Below, in pieces: positions 25,973-37,806 of a DNA stretch of 64,000 bases. Origin of the DNA: Eledone cirrhosa. Taxonomy: Eukaryota. The notes under the pieces are model-generated. The model worked only from the letters and a program-made list of their open reading frames with translations. It searched no databases and was not told the origin of the DNA. Position 1 is the stretch's first letter; every line of letters begins with the position of its first letter. The position numbers were made by a program, and so were the translations under genes. The stretch is taken from contig OZ024740.1 in assembly GCA_964016885.1 (NCBI GenBank), forward strand, positions 316,944,001-317,008,000. The letters are read 5' to 3'.

Positions 25973-26404
25973 CATGCTTATATACATATACATATGTATA
26001 CTTATATACATATAAGGTATATATATCATTATCATCATCATTGTCATTTTACATCTGTTTTCCATGCTGGCATGGGTTGGTCGTGTTGTGTAGGTCTTTT
26101 CGATTGCCTCCAGTTCAAGAATGAGGCCGGCTATATTTCACAACCATAAATGGAAACAATAATCCAGGCAACTGAGAATGTCTTCCATATTGACAACCTC
26201 TTGTATTTTTGTTGCGAATATTTCCAGAATATACTGGTTATGGCAGACATAAGCAATGTCACTACTTTTATAAACATTGTCAATATGATGATTGCAGCCA
26301 AGCCAGTGACTGGCATATAAACACACACACACACACATACACACACATACACACACATACACACACACATATGCATGCACACACACACACATATATATAT
26401 ATAT

Positions 26405-28108
26405 CTAAGGCGGGTAAAATTCCCGAGATCCATGGACGAGTTCTCTCCAGCGGTCTCTGTCCCTCATTATCGCTGCCATATCCTGCATCTCCAACAGACC
26501 AGTGTCTGTCCTTAGGGCATCAACATATGTTAACCTTGGTCTTCCTCTTCTAGTGTGTCCATGTAGGGGCTCCCAAAGGAGCATTGAGTGCAATGTCAAC
26601 TCTGGATGTCAGTGAGCATGTCCAGCCAACCTCAGTCTCCTCTGTGTCACTTTTGAGCTGACTTTTGGGATGCTCCCATACAGCTCTGAGTTTTTCATCC
26701 TCAGTGTATACTGATTAATGTTCAGAGCCATCCTCAGCATTCTCGTGTAGCACCCATCCACCATCTGAGTGAGTCTCTTGGTCAGTGTCCAAGTCTCAGA
26801 CCCATACAGCAGCACAGACTCCACTACAGCAATGAAGAGGCGGACCTTCAGGTCTCTACGAAGGTCCGACTTCCACACCGATCTCAAGCTGTGACACGCC
26901 GCCCAGGCCTTGCTCTTCCTCCCAACCACATCATCTTCCGTATTCCCAATCTTTGCTCCCAAATACAGGAAGTCCTCAACCAATTCCAGTGGCTTCCCGC
27001 CTACATTAGTGATCCCCTCTGGCTTCTCAACATTCTCCACCAGATATTTTGTTTTAGTCTCATTCATTCTCAGCCCCACACTCATCGACACAGTCTCAAC
27101 CTCCCGCATCAAATCCTCTGCCTCCTTCACTGTATTTGTCACCAAAACTATGTCGTCGGCAAATTCAGCATCCGATACCTTTTTCGCCCCAACTCTCCTG
27201 CTCTGAGCCGGTGCTACAGTAAAGCCAGTGTCCTGGTGTTTCTCCAGTGCAAGGCGCATACAATAGTCCACTACGATGATAAAAAGGTAGGGAGCCAATG
27301 TATCTCCCTGGAGCACTCCAGCCAGTATCTCAAAGAACTCTGTCATCCCATCAGGTGTAATGACTTGGGCTTTGGTGTTGGTGTAGAGCAGTGATATCAG
27401 GTCCACTATCCTCTTGGGGATTCCATAAGCCTGTAAGATCTTCATCAGGCAGTAACGGTCCACAGAATCAAAGGCCTTCCTAAAGTCAATGAAAACCATG
27501 ACCGCAGGAAGGCACTTTGCTCTAGCTCCCTCTAATATCCTCCTCAGCATCAGGATGTGACTGGTGGTTGATCTACCCTCTCTGAAGCCGTTCTGGTTGT
27601 CCCTGAGCTTCTTCTCCATCTCAGGCTGGATCCTGTTAAGAATCATCCTGTTGAGGGTCTTTGCCACAAGTGACGTCAGTGAGATCCCCCGGTAGTTGTT
27701 GGTGTCAGAGAGATCTCCCTTCTTTGGCACTGGGACGATGTTACTGATCCTCCACTGATTCGGGGCAACTCCTTTCTCCAGTGCCCCGTTACAGAACCCC
27801 AGGATGATATCATCAAAATCACACCTCTTCATCACCTCTGATGCCACTCCATCCTCTCCATGAGCCTTGCCCTCCTTGATCTTCTTCTTGGCTCTCTGAA
27901 GCTCCTCTCTGGTGAAGGGCTCTTTCTCAACATCCAGTTCCTCAAACAGCCGCCTGATCTCCCCACTGCTCTGGGCTGTGGAGGGTGGCTCTCCTAGTAG
28001 GGTCCTAAAATGGTCTAGCCATTTCCTCTTCCTATCCTCGGGCCCCGTTCCCTGGATCTGACTCGAACACCTTTTCTTCCTCCCTGTGATCTCGTTGATG
28101 ATCATCCA

Positions 28109-28110
<2 letters not shown>
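26405..28110 (-). mobile_element. RTE-like LINE (separate family, no PHD insert), long open RT, embedded in (TA)n
   Basis: Uninterrupted frame 28108-26609: [48 protein letters not shown]. Confidence 0.95.
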
Positions 28111-28170
<60 letters not shown>

Positions 28171-28278
28171 GGACATGCACACATACATGCATATATATAC
28201 ACACACATGGGCATGCAACACACACACAACACACACAGACACAGATAAACACATATACACACACATTTATACATATAT

Positions 28279-28312
<34 letters not shown>

Positions 28313-28330
28313 ACATACATATATATATAT

Positions 28331-28393
<63 letters not shown>

Positions 28394-28440
28394 CATACAT
28401 ACATATATATATATATATAAATACATACATATATATATAT

Positions 28441-28534
<94 letters not shown>

Positions 28535-28768
28535 TTAGAAACACACAGATACATGCGGACACACACATATATACATGAATGCATCCGCACCCAACTGTGA
28601 GTTAAGGGTGCCAACTTCACCGATGTTGCTCAATGAATGACTGGGACAGACCAATTCAGTTTGAACCAGACTGAACCAGTATCAGAGTTAAAAATACATT
28701 ATGAAGAGAGAAGAAACATTTAGATATAATTAGTAATAAAATGTATCATACCTAAACTGTTCCTAAAT

Positions 28769-28856
28769 TCCTCGACTACGTAGTTTCGTGGCATAAACAA
28801 AAACAATATATCAAAGATATAGAGTCCTTGCGAGGTCTGCCGACTTATCAAGAGGA
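28769..28856 (-). ncRNA. Type I hammerhead motif (inverted-head copy)
   Basis: Reverse complement of 29058-29145. Confidence 0.82.
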
Positions 28857-29057
28857 TACCTCATTTTACTAGTCTCAAGAACGCGTCTACACGACGTGAG
28901 AAAGAATCCCAAAAGGCGGAGGGGGAGATAGTCACGCGATATAACGGTCGAGAAACAGAGCTAAGCCTCTTATAACCACGAAAAAAATACCCCTCCGCCT
29001 TTTGGGATTCTTTCTCACGTCGTGTAGACGCGTTCTTGAGACTAGTAAAATGAGGTA

Positions 29058-29145
29058 TCCTCTTGATAAGTCGGCAGACCTCGCAAGGACTCTATATCTT
29101 TGATATATTGTTTTTGTTTATGCCACGAAACTACGTAGTCGAGGA
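29058..29145 (+). ncRNA. Type I hammerhead motif, U3-A8 core variant
   Basis: tcctc-TTGATAA-gtcggca...tgccac-GAAA-ctacgtag-TC-gagga. GUC cleavage site after 29140. Confidence 0.85.
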
Positions 29146-29648
29146 ATTTAGGAACAGTTTAGGTATGATACATTTTATTACTAATTATATCTAAATGTTT
29201 CTTCTCTCTTCATAATGTATTTTTAACTCTGATACTGGTTCAGTCTGGTTCAAACTGAATTGGTCTGTCCCAGTCATTCATTGAGCAACATCGGTGAAGT
29301 TGGCACCCTTAACTCACAGTTGGGTGCGGATGCATTCATGTATATATGTGTGTGTCCGCATGTATCTGTGTGTTTCTAAATGTATTAATAACTCCCTCTG
29401 GTCGAGCAATCTTTGAAGTGTGGGGACAACTGGAAAGCTTCCATTACTCATACTTCTCGCCTTCTTCACTACCTCTTCTGCGGCCTCGATATGAATACCC
29501 CCTCCGCCTCCGTGGTATTTTTTTCGTGGTTATAAGAGGCTTAGCTCTGTTTCTCGACCGTTATATCGCGTGACTATCTCCCCCTCCGCCTTTTGGGATT
29601 CTTTCTCACGTCGTGTAGACGCGTTCTTGAGACTAGTAAAATGAGGTA

Positions 29649-29736
29649 TCCTCTTGATAAGTCGGCAGACCTCGCAAGGACTCTATATCTTTGATATATT
29701 GTTTTTGTTTATGCCACGAAACTACGTAGTCGAGGA
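29649..29736 (+). ncRNA. Type I hammerhead motif, copy 2
   Basis: Identical, +591 bp. Confidence 0.85.
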
Positions 29737-30239
29737 ATTTAGGAACAGTTTAGGTATGATACATTTTATTACTAATTATATCTAAATGTTTCTTCTCTCT
29801 TCATAATGTATTTTTAACTCTGATACTGGTTCAGTCTGGTTCAAACTGAATTGGTCTGTCCCAGTCATTCATTGAGCAACATCGGTGAAGTTGGCACCCT
29901 TAACTCACAGTTGGGTGCGGATGCATTCATGTATATATGTGTGTGTCCGCATGTATCTGTGTGTTTCTAAATGTATTAATAACTCCCTCTGGTCGAGCAA
30001 TCTTTGAAGTGTGGGGACAACTGGAAAGCTTCCATTACTCATACTTCTCGCCTTCTTCACTACCTCTTCTGCGGCCTCGATATGAATACCCCCTCCGCCT
30101 CCGTGGTATTTTTTTCATGGTTATAAGAGGCTTAGCTCTGTTTCTCGACCGTTATATCGCGTGACTATCTCCCCCTCCGCCTTTTGGGATTCTTTCTCAC
30201 GTCGTGTAGACGCGTTCTTGAGACTAGTAAAATGAGGTA

Positions 30240-30327
30240 TCCTCTTGATAAGTCGGCAGACCTCGCAAGGACTCTATATCTTTGATATATTGTTTTTGTT
30301 TATGCCACGAAACTACGTAGTCGAGGA
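30240..30327 (+). ncRNA. Type I hammerhead motif, copy 3
   Basis: Identical, +1182 bp. Confidence 0.85.
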
Positions 30328-30396
30328 ATTTAGGAACAGTTTAGGTATGATACATTTTATTACTAATTATATCTAAATGTTTCTTCTCTCTTCATA

Positions 30397-30492
<96 letters not shown>

Positions 30493-30535
30493 AGTAAGTA
30501 TGTTTTGAAACAGTGAGCAGGTTTGAAATTAGAAA

Positions 30536-30722
30536 ATAGAATAGCTTTCACTGTATTTTTGACTAAAGGAATTTTAGCCTGATAATGGGGTTTAGAACCC
30601 TCAGATAAATGGAAAAAGATGAGTATTGACGTACGTCAATACTCATCTTTTTCCATTTATCTGAGGGTTCTAAACCCCATTATCAGGCTAAAATTCCATT
30701 AGTCAAAAATACAGTGAAAGCT

Positions 30723-30729
<7 letters not shown>
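30536..30729. repeat. Spacer-less palindrome with 97-bp arms, between (TA)n tracts
   Basis: Centre gacgt|acgtc at 30632/30633; one mismatched pair. Confidence 0.93.
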
Positions 30730-30809
<80 letters not shown>

Positions 30810-30813
<4 letters not shown>

Positions 30814-32430
30814 GTGGAACACTGGAAGGTAATATCCGTAGTGGTAGAGCACTCAGTCCATGGGATGAGTTAGGTAGAAGTAGTTACACAACTGTTAGTT
30901 TACTATACCGAGAACAATTGTTTCACCTTAGCGGATCCTCAGGTCGGAATGGGCATGGTTATAGGAACAGGAAGGACAACCGTATGAACACGCATGCGCA
31001 GAAACCCGGTCACTTCACACAGGCAATACTAGACTGCGTGCGAGAGGTGTAAGGGAGATAACTGTGAAAGTCCGAAAAGTTTCTATGTTGAAAATAAAAT
31101 TACAAAGAATCAGTCCGGAGCCTTCTAGTTATGCAATAGGTGTTTGGAAATGTGTGGACAACGTGTGAAAAATTCATTTCTCGTGTTTAGGCAATCACTA
31201 TTGCGTAATCTCTTTAGAATAGTTATTCGTTCGTCAATACATAAGCCACACGTCGGATTTCCCCTTGCGTATGGCTTGGACTTAGTGATGGCTTTCCATT
31301 GAATGGAGTAGCCTATACTTGAGTCCTTGAGGGACCATACGTGGCTCACGAGTTTCGTGGATGAACGTCTGTCCGGGTACCTGAAGGTAGACTGGTGGTT
31401 CAGGAAACGTTCTTTAAATCGGTCCTCCGCCATGCCCACATAGGATTTGACCTCCTGTGGTTCATTTGGTCGGTTGGAAGTGATCACAGCTTCATAAATT
31501 ACAGCTGGTGTGTTGGATTGCTGTTGAAGGAGGAAAATCTCAGGCTTACGGCAAGAGCACCCTGGTGGGGTGTTGCTCCTAGGGTTGCTGGTGATGTGGG
31601 CCTTCATGTTCTTAGTGCAGGAGTATCCTAGTTTAACTTTGTGTCGGTTAAAGATGAGGCGGTATTTATGACCTATGGGAAAGTGTCTATCTAAGAGGGC
31701 TAGAAATTTTTTTCCTACATTGGTTTTAACATTGAGTGAGAAGGAAGGAGAGAACCAGATAGGTTGTCTATTGTTGCGGTTACTTTTCTTAATGGTATTG
31801 TTGCTAGTGGGAGAGTAAGTGATCGGTTGTGAGAAGCCTCTGTTAGCCAAACGCCGTGTTATAATAGGGTGCCGCCCTGTCAAAGATAGCCTTATTAGAG
31901 GAGAGATTTGAGATTCTAGTACTGATATTGTTAACGAAGTTTCTAAAAACAGTGGGAGGGTGGCATGAGTCCTTGTGAATGTAATTGAGTTTCTCGTTTA
32001 GCTTATGGAAGGGTTTGTGGGTGTGGTGTGGACGAAGGTCTAAATTAATGTCTAAGAAATCTACGCTAGATAGGTTGGTGGCTACTGTTATCCTAAGTCC
32101 TAACTCATTGAAGGTAGAAGCTAAGTCTTTTTTAAACCGGTCGAGGTCGTGACCACTTTTATGGCTCGATAAAGTCACTCCATCGTCGCGGTATATTCCC
32201 GTGTGGAAGTCCGGGAATCTAACACGTAATATGTATAAGATAAAAAGGCCAACCAAGTCACATACATCAGCACTGTCAAACGATCCCATGGAGACGTCGA
32301 ATAGGTCTGAAGTTGTAGACTTCTTTGCCCAGGCTACTCCGTCGTTGAAGAGGAGGGGTTTCCGGCAGTGAGTGATGATTTCCTTGTCTAAACAATCGAC
32401 GGTGGTATAAGTGATAGCGAAGCATCTGGA
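30810..32430 (-). mobile_element. Penelope-like element, 5'-truncated (RT + GIY-YIG), tentatively Naiad-type
   Basis: MGSFDSADVCDLVG, IYRDDG, VDFLDI, then CSCRK linker, VIY..SYVG..FKERF..H, CGLC, C-x-H. One frameshift near 31860; 3' end abuts (TA)n. Confidence 0.92.
30908..30947 (-). ncRNA. Minimal type I hammerhead in the Penelope 3' pLTR
   Basis: Minus strand: ccgac-CTGAGGA-tccgctaaggt-GAAA-caattg-TT-ctcgg (C-C mismatch at 1.1/2.1). Confidence 0.8.
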
Positions 32431-34345
32431 AAGCATCTGGAATGGTGGGACACACTATGGTCACCCAGATAGTAAACCAAGTCATACAGAATGGGGTCGT
32501 TCCGAAGGACTGGCGTAGCAGCAGCATCATTAACTGCTACAAGGGTAAAGGAGATGCCCTAGATAGGGGAAACTATAGGCATTAAATTAATTGACCAGGT
32601 CATGAAGGTCACAGAAAAAGTAATAGCGCAACTAATCAGAGAGCGAATTGATCTAGATGAAATGCAGTTTGGGTTTGTGTCAGGTAAAAGTACAACAGAC
32701 GCTCTTTTCATTGTACGACAACTACAGGAGAAGTACCTAGCTAAAAGTAAACCCCTATACTTAGCTTTTGTTGATTTGGAGAAAGCCTTTGACAGAGTAC
32801 CCCGCTCGATTATCTGGTGGGCTCTTAGAAAACTAGGTGTTGATGAATGGCTTGTGAGAGCTATACAAGCCATGTATAAAGAAACAGTCAGTAAGGTTAG
32901 AATTAACAATGAATATAGTGAAGAGTTTAGCGTAAAAGTTGGTGTTCATCAGGGCTCCGTCCTTAGCCCCCTACTATTTATTATTGCCCTTCAGGCTATA
33001 ACAGAGGAGTTCAAGACCGGCTGCCCATGGGAACTCCTATGTGCAGATGATCTGGCTGAACTAGAGAAGAAATTCCAAACATGGAAGCATGGCCTAGAAT
33101 TAAAAGGCCTTAAAATTTACCTGTCTAAGACTAAAGTTCTAGTTTGTAGGAAGGAAAATAGGGCACCGGTCCCATCTGGGAAATGGCCATGCTCAGTGTG
33201 TAGGAAAGGAGTAGGCAGAAACTCCATTTTATGTCCCAAATGCAAAGTATGGGTGCATAAAAGATGTAGTGGGATCACAGGTAAGCTAACTAAGAATATA
33301 GATTTTATATGTGGCCGGTGCTCTGGGGCAATAAGTAGCAGCAAGTGCTCACAAAATACTAGCTCATTCCATTCCACAGATGGTTCTATAGAAATAGTGG
33401 ACACCTTCCGTTACCTGGGTGACAAAATCAGCAGTGGGGGAGGGTGCTCTGAAAGTACAGTAGCTAGAGTCAGAACGGGATGGAAAAAGTTCAGAGAGCT
33501 TATACCACTATTGGTCGCTAAAGGGTTCTCTCTAAAAATGAAAGGCAGGCTGTATGATGCCTGCATACGAACAGCAATGTTACATGGCAGTGAGACTTGG
33601 GCATTGTGTGCAGAGGATATACGCAGACTGGAGAGGAACGGAGCTTGCATGCTCCATTGGATGTGTAATAGTAATATACGTGAACGGCAAAGCATAAATG
33701 AACTAAGGGAGAAATTAGGAATAAGAGGAATCAGATGTTGTTTACTAGAGAGAAGGCTACGTTGGTATGGTCACGTGATGCGCATGAAGGACGATAGCTG
33801 TATAACAAAGTGCAGGGCAATAAAGATAGACGGTAGCCACGGAGTAGGCAGACCCAGAAAAACCTGGGACGACCTGACTGATAAATTCCGACCTCACACA
33901 CTTACACCTCTCCAAGACAATGTCACTGGACCGAGATCGTTGGCGCTACACAGTAATATAGAAGACCCGCCTTGCCTAAGTACAAAGCAAAACCTACAGC
34001 CAGTAGGCACCTCTAACAAAAATACACCCCTGTCCCACTATCCCCCACCCCATCCACACCACCCCTTTCCAGTCCGAAACAAATGAGGTCGTGTAGGTGT
34101 CACAACAAAAAACACACAGTCCACGCTGTAATGTAGCCGTGTAGGCAACACGGTAAAAACCTCCCAGTCCACACCGTAAACGTGGTTGGTGTTAGGAAGG
34201 GCATCCAGCCGTAGAAAACCCGCCAGACAGTCCTATACGAGCAAGACAGCCAATCTTGCCTCAAGTGGGAAAATTCCCGTCCAAACCCATGCAAGCGTGG
34301 AAGATGGACGTTAAACGATGATGATGATGATGATGATGATGATGA
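32431..34345 (+). mobile_element. RTE subfamily B, 5'-truncated
   Basis: ORF 32602-34086 is an RT (YADD mutated to CADD) with PHD-like finger; (GAT)n tail. Confidence 0.95.
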
Positions 34346-34379
34346 TATATATATATATATGCATATGTATATATATATA

Positions 34380-34567
34380 TAATTGTTTCTACTTTTGGCA
34401 CAAGGCCATCAATTACCCAGTACATTACTGGTACTTTATTTTATCGACCCCGTAAGGATGAAAGGCAAAGTTAACCTCGGCGGGATTTGAACTCAGACTG
34501 CAAAGGGACGTAACTATCCTGGAAAGCATGGCGTCCGACCCTCTACTGATACTGCCAATCCACCGCC
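34380..34567 (-). mobile_element. SINE S1, full length
   Basis: Minus strand begins ggcggtggattggcagtatc, with A and B boxes. Confidence 0.92.
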
Positions 34568-34769
34568 ATATTATACCACCATTATATATATATATATATA
34601 ATGAAGGTGCTTGGCTTAGTGGTTAGAGCATTGGGCTTGCAATCGAAAGGTTGTGAGTTCAATTCTCGGACCTGGTGATGTGTTGTTTCCTTAAGCAAGA
34701 CACTTTATTTCACATTGCTCCAGTTTACTCAGCTGTAGAAATGAAATGATAGGACTGGGGTCTCTATCA

Positions 34770-35049
34770 TTCCACTACAAAGTGGTCGTGAAGGTGCCAT
34801 GGCAAAAAAGCACCCAGCCCACACTGTAAAGTGGACGCGTAGGTGCCACGGAAAAAAAAAAGCACCCAGCACTCACTGTAAATGAGGTTGGTGTTAGGAA
34901 GGGCATCCAGCTGTAGAAATCAAGCCAAAATCAGTTCCCGTATGAGCTAGACAAGGTCAGCCGACCGGACACTGCCCGCAAGAGGACAAGCCGTCTAACC
35001 CATGCTAGTGTGGAAGAACGGACGTAAAACGGTAATGATGATGATGATG

Positions 35050-35052
<3 letters not shown>
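34770..35052 (+). mobile_element. RTE subfamily C 3' UTR
   Basis: Matches 49330-49588; (GAT)n tail. Confidence 0.85.
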
Positions 35053-35076
<24 letters not shown>

Positions 35077-35080
<4 letters not shown>

Positions 35081-35895
35081 TAAAATGGCGAGCTGTGTGG
35101 TTGCAATTAAGTATAATGAAAATATGAAAAATAAAAGTTACGGCGAAAGAGGGGAATATCCATCGTCAGTTGTCTGCTTGGAATCATAGGTATTTCTTCG
35201 CATCAGAGACAAAATACCTCAGCCTAGGGCGAACAATAACTAAAATAAGTTATTGGGATAAAAAATAAAGGTGGGGGGGGGGGAGAAAAACATGTAAACA
35301 GACACGAAGGGTGAAGCAATTTTTTCATTATACTTAAACGCAACCACACAGCTCGCCATTTTATTCATATAAGCTTCCTTCTCTGCTGTGACCCGTCTCT
35401 TTTCTCTCCCCTTGTTGCTATCTTCTCTCTCCTTCTCCCTCTTACTTTCGCTCACCCCCTCTGCTAGTCACCTTCTCTCGGCTAGCCTGCCACTATAATT
35501 ATCTCTTTCTCGCTTCCTCTTACTTTCACTCACTCCCTCTCTGCTAGTCATCCTCTCTCTGCTAGCTCACTTTCTCCCTCATCCGCCACTGTAAGCAGTC
35601 TCTTCTCTCGCTCACACTGCTACAGCTAAGACGTGTCTTGTTTCTCTCTCATCAAACTCGCCAGTTCTTACATTCGAAATGACTTGATATTTTCCTCTCT
35701 TTATGTTGCTTCACCCTTCGTGTCTGTTTACATGTTTTTCCGCCCCTCCCCTTCTTTTATCCCAATAATTTATTTTAGTTATTGTTCGCCCTAGGTTGAG
35801 GTATATTGTCTCTAACGCGAAGAAATACCAATGATTCCTAGTAGTCAACTGACGATGGATATTCCTCTCTTTTATTTTTCATTTTTTCATTATAT
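35077..35895. mobile_element. TA-embedded element with an inverted head spanning its unit junction
   Basis: 35077-35319 is the reverse complement of 35706-35893 joined to 35320-35368. Confidence 0.75.
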
Positions 35896-35909
35896 ATATA
35901 TATAACTAT

Positions 35910-36259
35910 CTAAGGCGGGTAAAATTCTCTCCAGCGGTCTCTGTCCCTCATTATCACTGCCATGTCCTGCGTCTCCAACAGACCAGTGTCTTACCTTAGG
36001 GCATCAACATACGTTAACCTTGGTCTTCCTCTTCTAGTGTGTCCATGTAGGTAGAGAATGTTGAGAAGCCAGAAGGGATCACTAATGTAGGCGGGAAGCC
36101 ACTGGAATTGGTTGAGGACTTCTTGTATTTGGGAGCAAAGATTGGGAATACGGAAGATGATGTGGTTGAGAGGAAGAGCAAGGCCTGGGCGGCGTGCCAC
36201 AGCTTGAGATCGGTGTGGAAGTCGAACCTTCGTAGAGACCTGAAAATCCGCCTCTTCAT
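35910..36259 (-). mobile_element. Short RTE copy (26.4-kb family) with 5' inversion
   Basis: 35910-36050 matches 26405-26567. 36050-36259 is the reverse complement of ~26832-27041. Confidence 0.88.
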
Positions 36260-36316
36260 ATATATATATATATACATATATTGATACAGAATATATTAAT
36301 ATATATGTATTAATAC

Positions 36317-36664
36317 AGAAGACCCGCCTTGCCTAAGTACAAAGCGAAACCTACAGTCAGTAGGCACCTCTAACAAAAATACACCCCTGTCCCACTACCC
36401 CCACCCCATCCACACCACCTCTAAAGTTATGTTGGTACCACAACATCCAGTCCGAAACAAATGAGGTCGTGTAGGTGTCACGACAAAAAAACACACAGTC
36501 CACGCTGTAAACGTGGTTGGTGTTAGGAAGGGCATCCAGCTGTAGAAAACCCGCCAGACAGTCCTATACGAGCAAGACAACCAATCTTGCCTCAAGTGGG
36601 AAAATTCCCGTCCAAACCCATGCAAGCGTGGAAGATGGACGTTAAACGATGATGATGATGATGA
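36317..36664 (+). mobile_element. RTE subfamily B 3' UTR
   Basis: Matches 33960-34345. Confidence 0.88.
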
Positions 36665-37048
36665 GGTATGTGTGTGTCTGTGTGTGTGTAAAGATATATG
36701 TATATATATATATGTGTATTTGTGTAAGTGTGTATGTGAAGAGAGAAAGAGGACAAGAAAACAGACAACTAGATCATTATACATGCATAGACATTCACAC
36801 AAACTTGCACACAATCTCAGATACACACATTCACACACACACACTATCTCACACTCATACACACACCCTCTTTCTCGTTCACCCACATGTACATCCACAT
36901 ACTTCCCCACACACACACAAACACACACTCACACATATACCCTCAGAATGACAGTGACTGACCTCCTATATTAACAAAACAACAGTCTCATTGTGTCATT
37001 ATAGACACAATGACAAAACAAACAACATATTAATAATAATGATAATAA

Positions 37049-37806
37049 CAATTGTTTCTACTTTTGGCATAAGGCCAGCAATTATCCCAGTACATTACTG
37101 ATACTTTATTTATCGACCCCCGTAAGGATGAAAGGCAAAGTTAACCTCGACGGGATTTGAACTCAAACCATAAAGGAACGTAACTATGCTAGAAAGCATG
37201 GCGTCCAACTCTCTACTGATACTGCCAATTCACCGCCGAGTTTAATATATATAATTGTTTCTACTTTTGGCACAAGGCCAGCAATTACCCAGTGCATTAC
37301 CGGTACTTTATTTTATCAACCCCGCAAGAATGAAAGGCAAAGTTAACCTCGGCGGGATTTGAACTCAGAATGGCAAGGGCCGTAACTCTATACATCAAAG
37401 CATGGTGTCCGACCCTCTACCGATACAGGTAAATCCACCAATTCAGGTAAAATTGCGTTATAACAAATTTATCAGTATGATGAAATTTTTTTTAATCCCC
37501 GGCCAAACTAACGATGCGTTAGGTCAATTCCATTACAACAAATATTTTTTTATACCCCATGAATTTCGTTATAACGGAATTTCACTGTAATTGTTCCTAC
37601 TTTAGATACAAGGCCAGCAATTTTAGGGTAGGGGAAAGTCGATTAAATAGACCCCAATACATTACTGGTACTTTATTTTATCGACCCCGTAAGGATGAAA
37701 GGCAAAGTTAACCGTAGCTGGATTTGAACTCAGAACATAAGGGGCCGAAACTCTACGCTGCAAAACATGTTGTCTGACGCTCTACCAATCCTGCCAATCC
37801 ACTGCC
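37049..37806 (-). mobile_element. Cluster of three SINE S1 copies
   Basis: Units at about 37049-37237, 37252-37440 and 37588-37806. Confidence 0.9.

Larger units (their letters stand above)
28531..30399 (+). mobile_element. Retrozyme-like element: 460-bp inverted head plus ~2.4 tandem copies of a 591-bp unit, in (TA)n
   Basis: Period 591 (29346 vs 29937). 28531-28990 is the reverse complement of ~29515-29974. Four HHR motifs. Confidence 0.9.

Noticed and set aside
28108-28534. N-terminal YIYI extension of the 641-aa ORF
   Set aside because: (TA)n read-through; the RT part starts near 28108.
29346-29573. 75-aa ORF repeated in the 591-bp unit
   Set aside because: Starts in a TG-rich patch and has no recognisable motif; its recurrence only reflects the tandem.
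31125-32436. Selenoprotein-type Penelope (in-frame UGA at Cys positions)
   Set aside because: No in-frame TGA in the visible ORFs; the break is a frameshift.
34380-34567. tRNA genes
   Set aside because: The A/B boxes belong to SINE heads; no cloverleaf.
35620-35662. Minus-strand TTGATGA-gaga-GAAA motif
   Set aside because: Stem II is absent and stem III is out of register.
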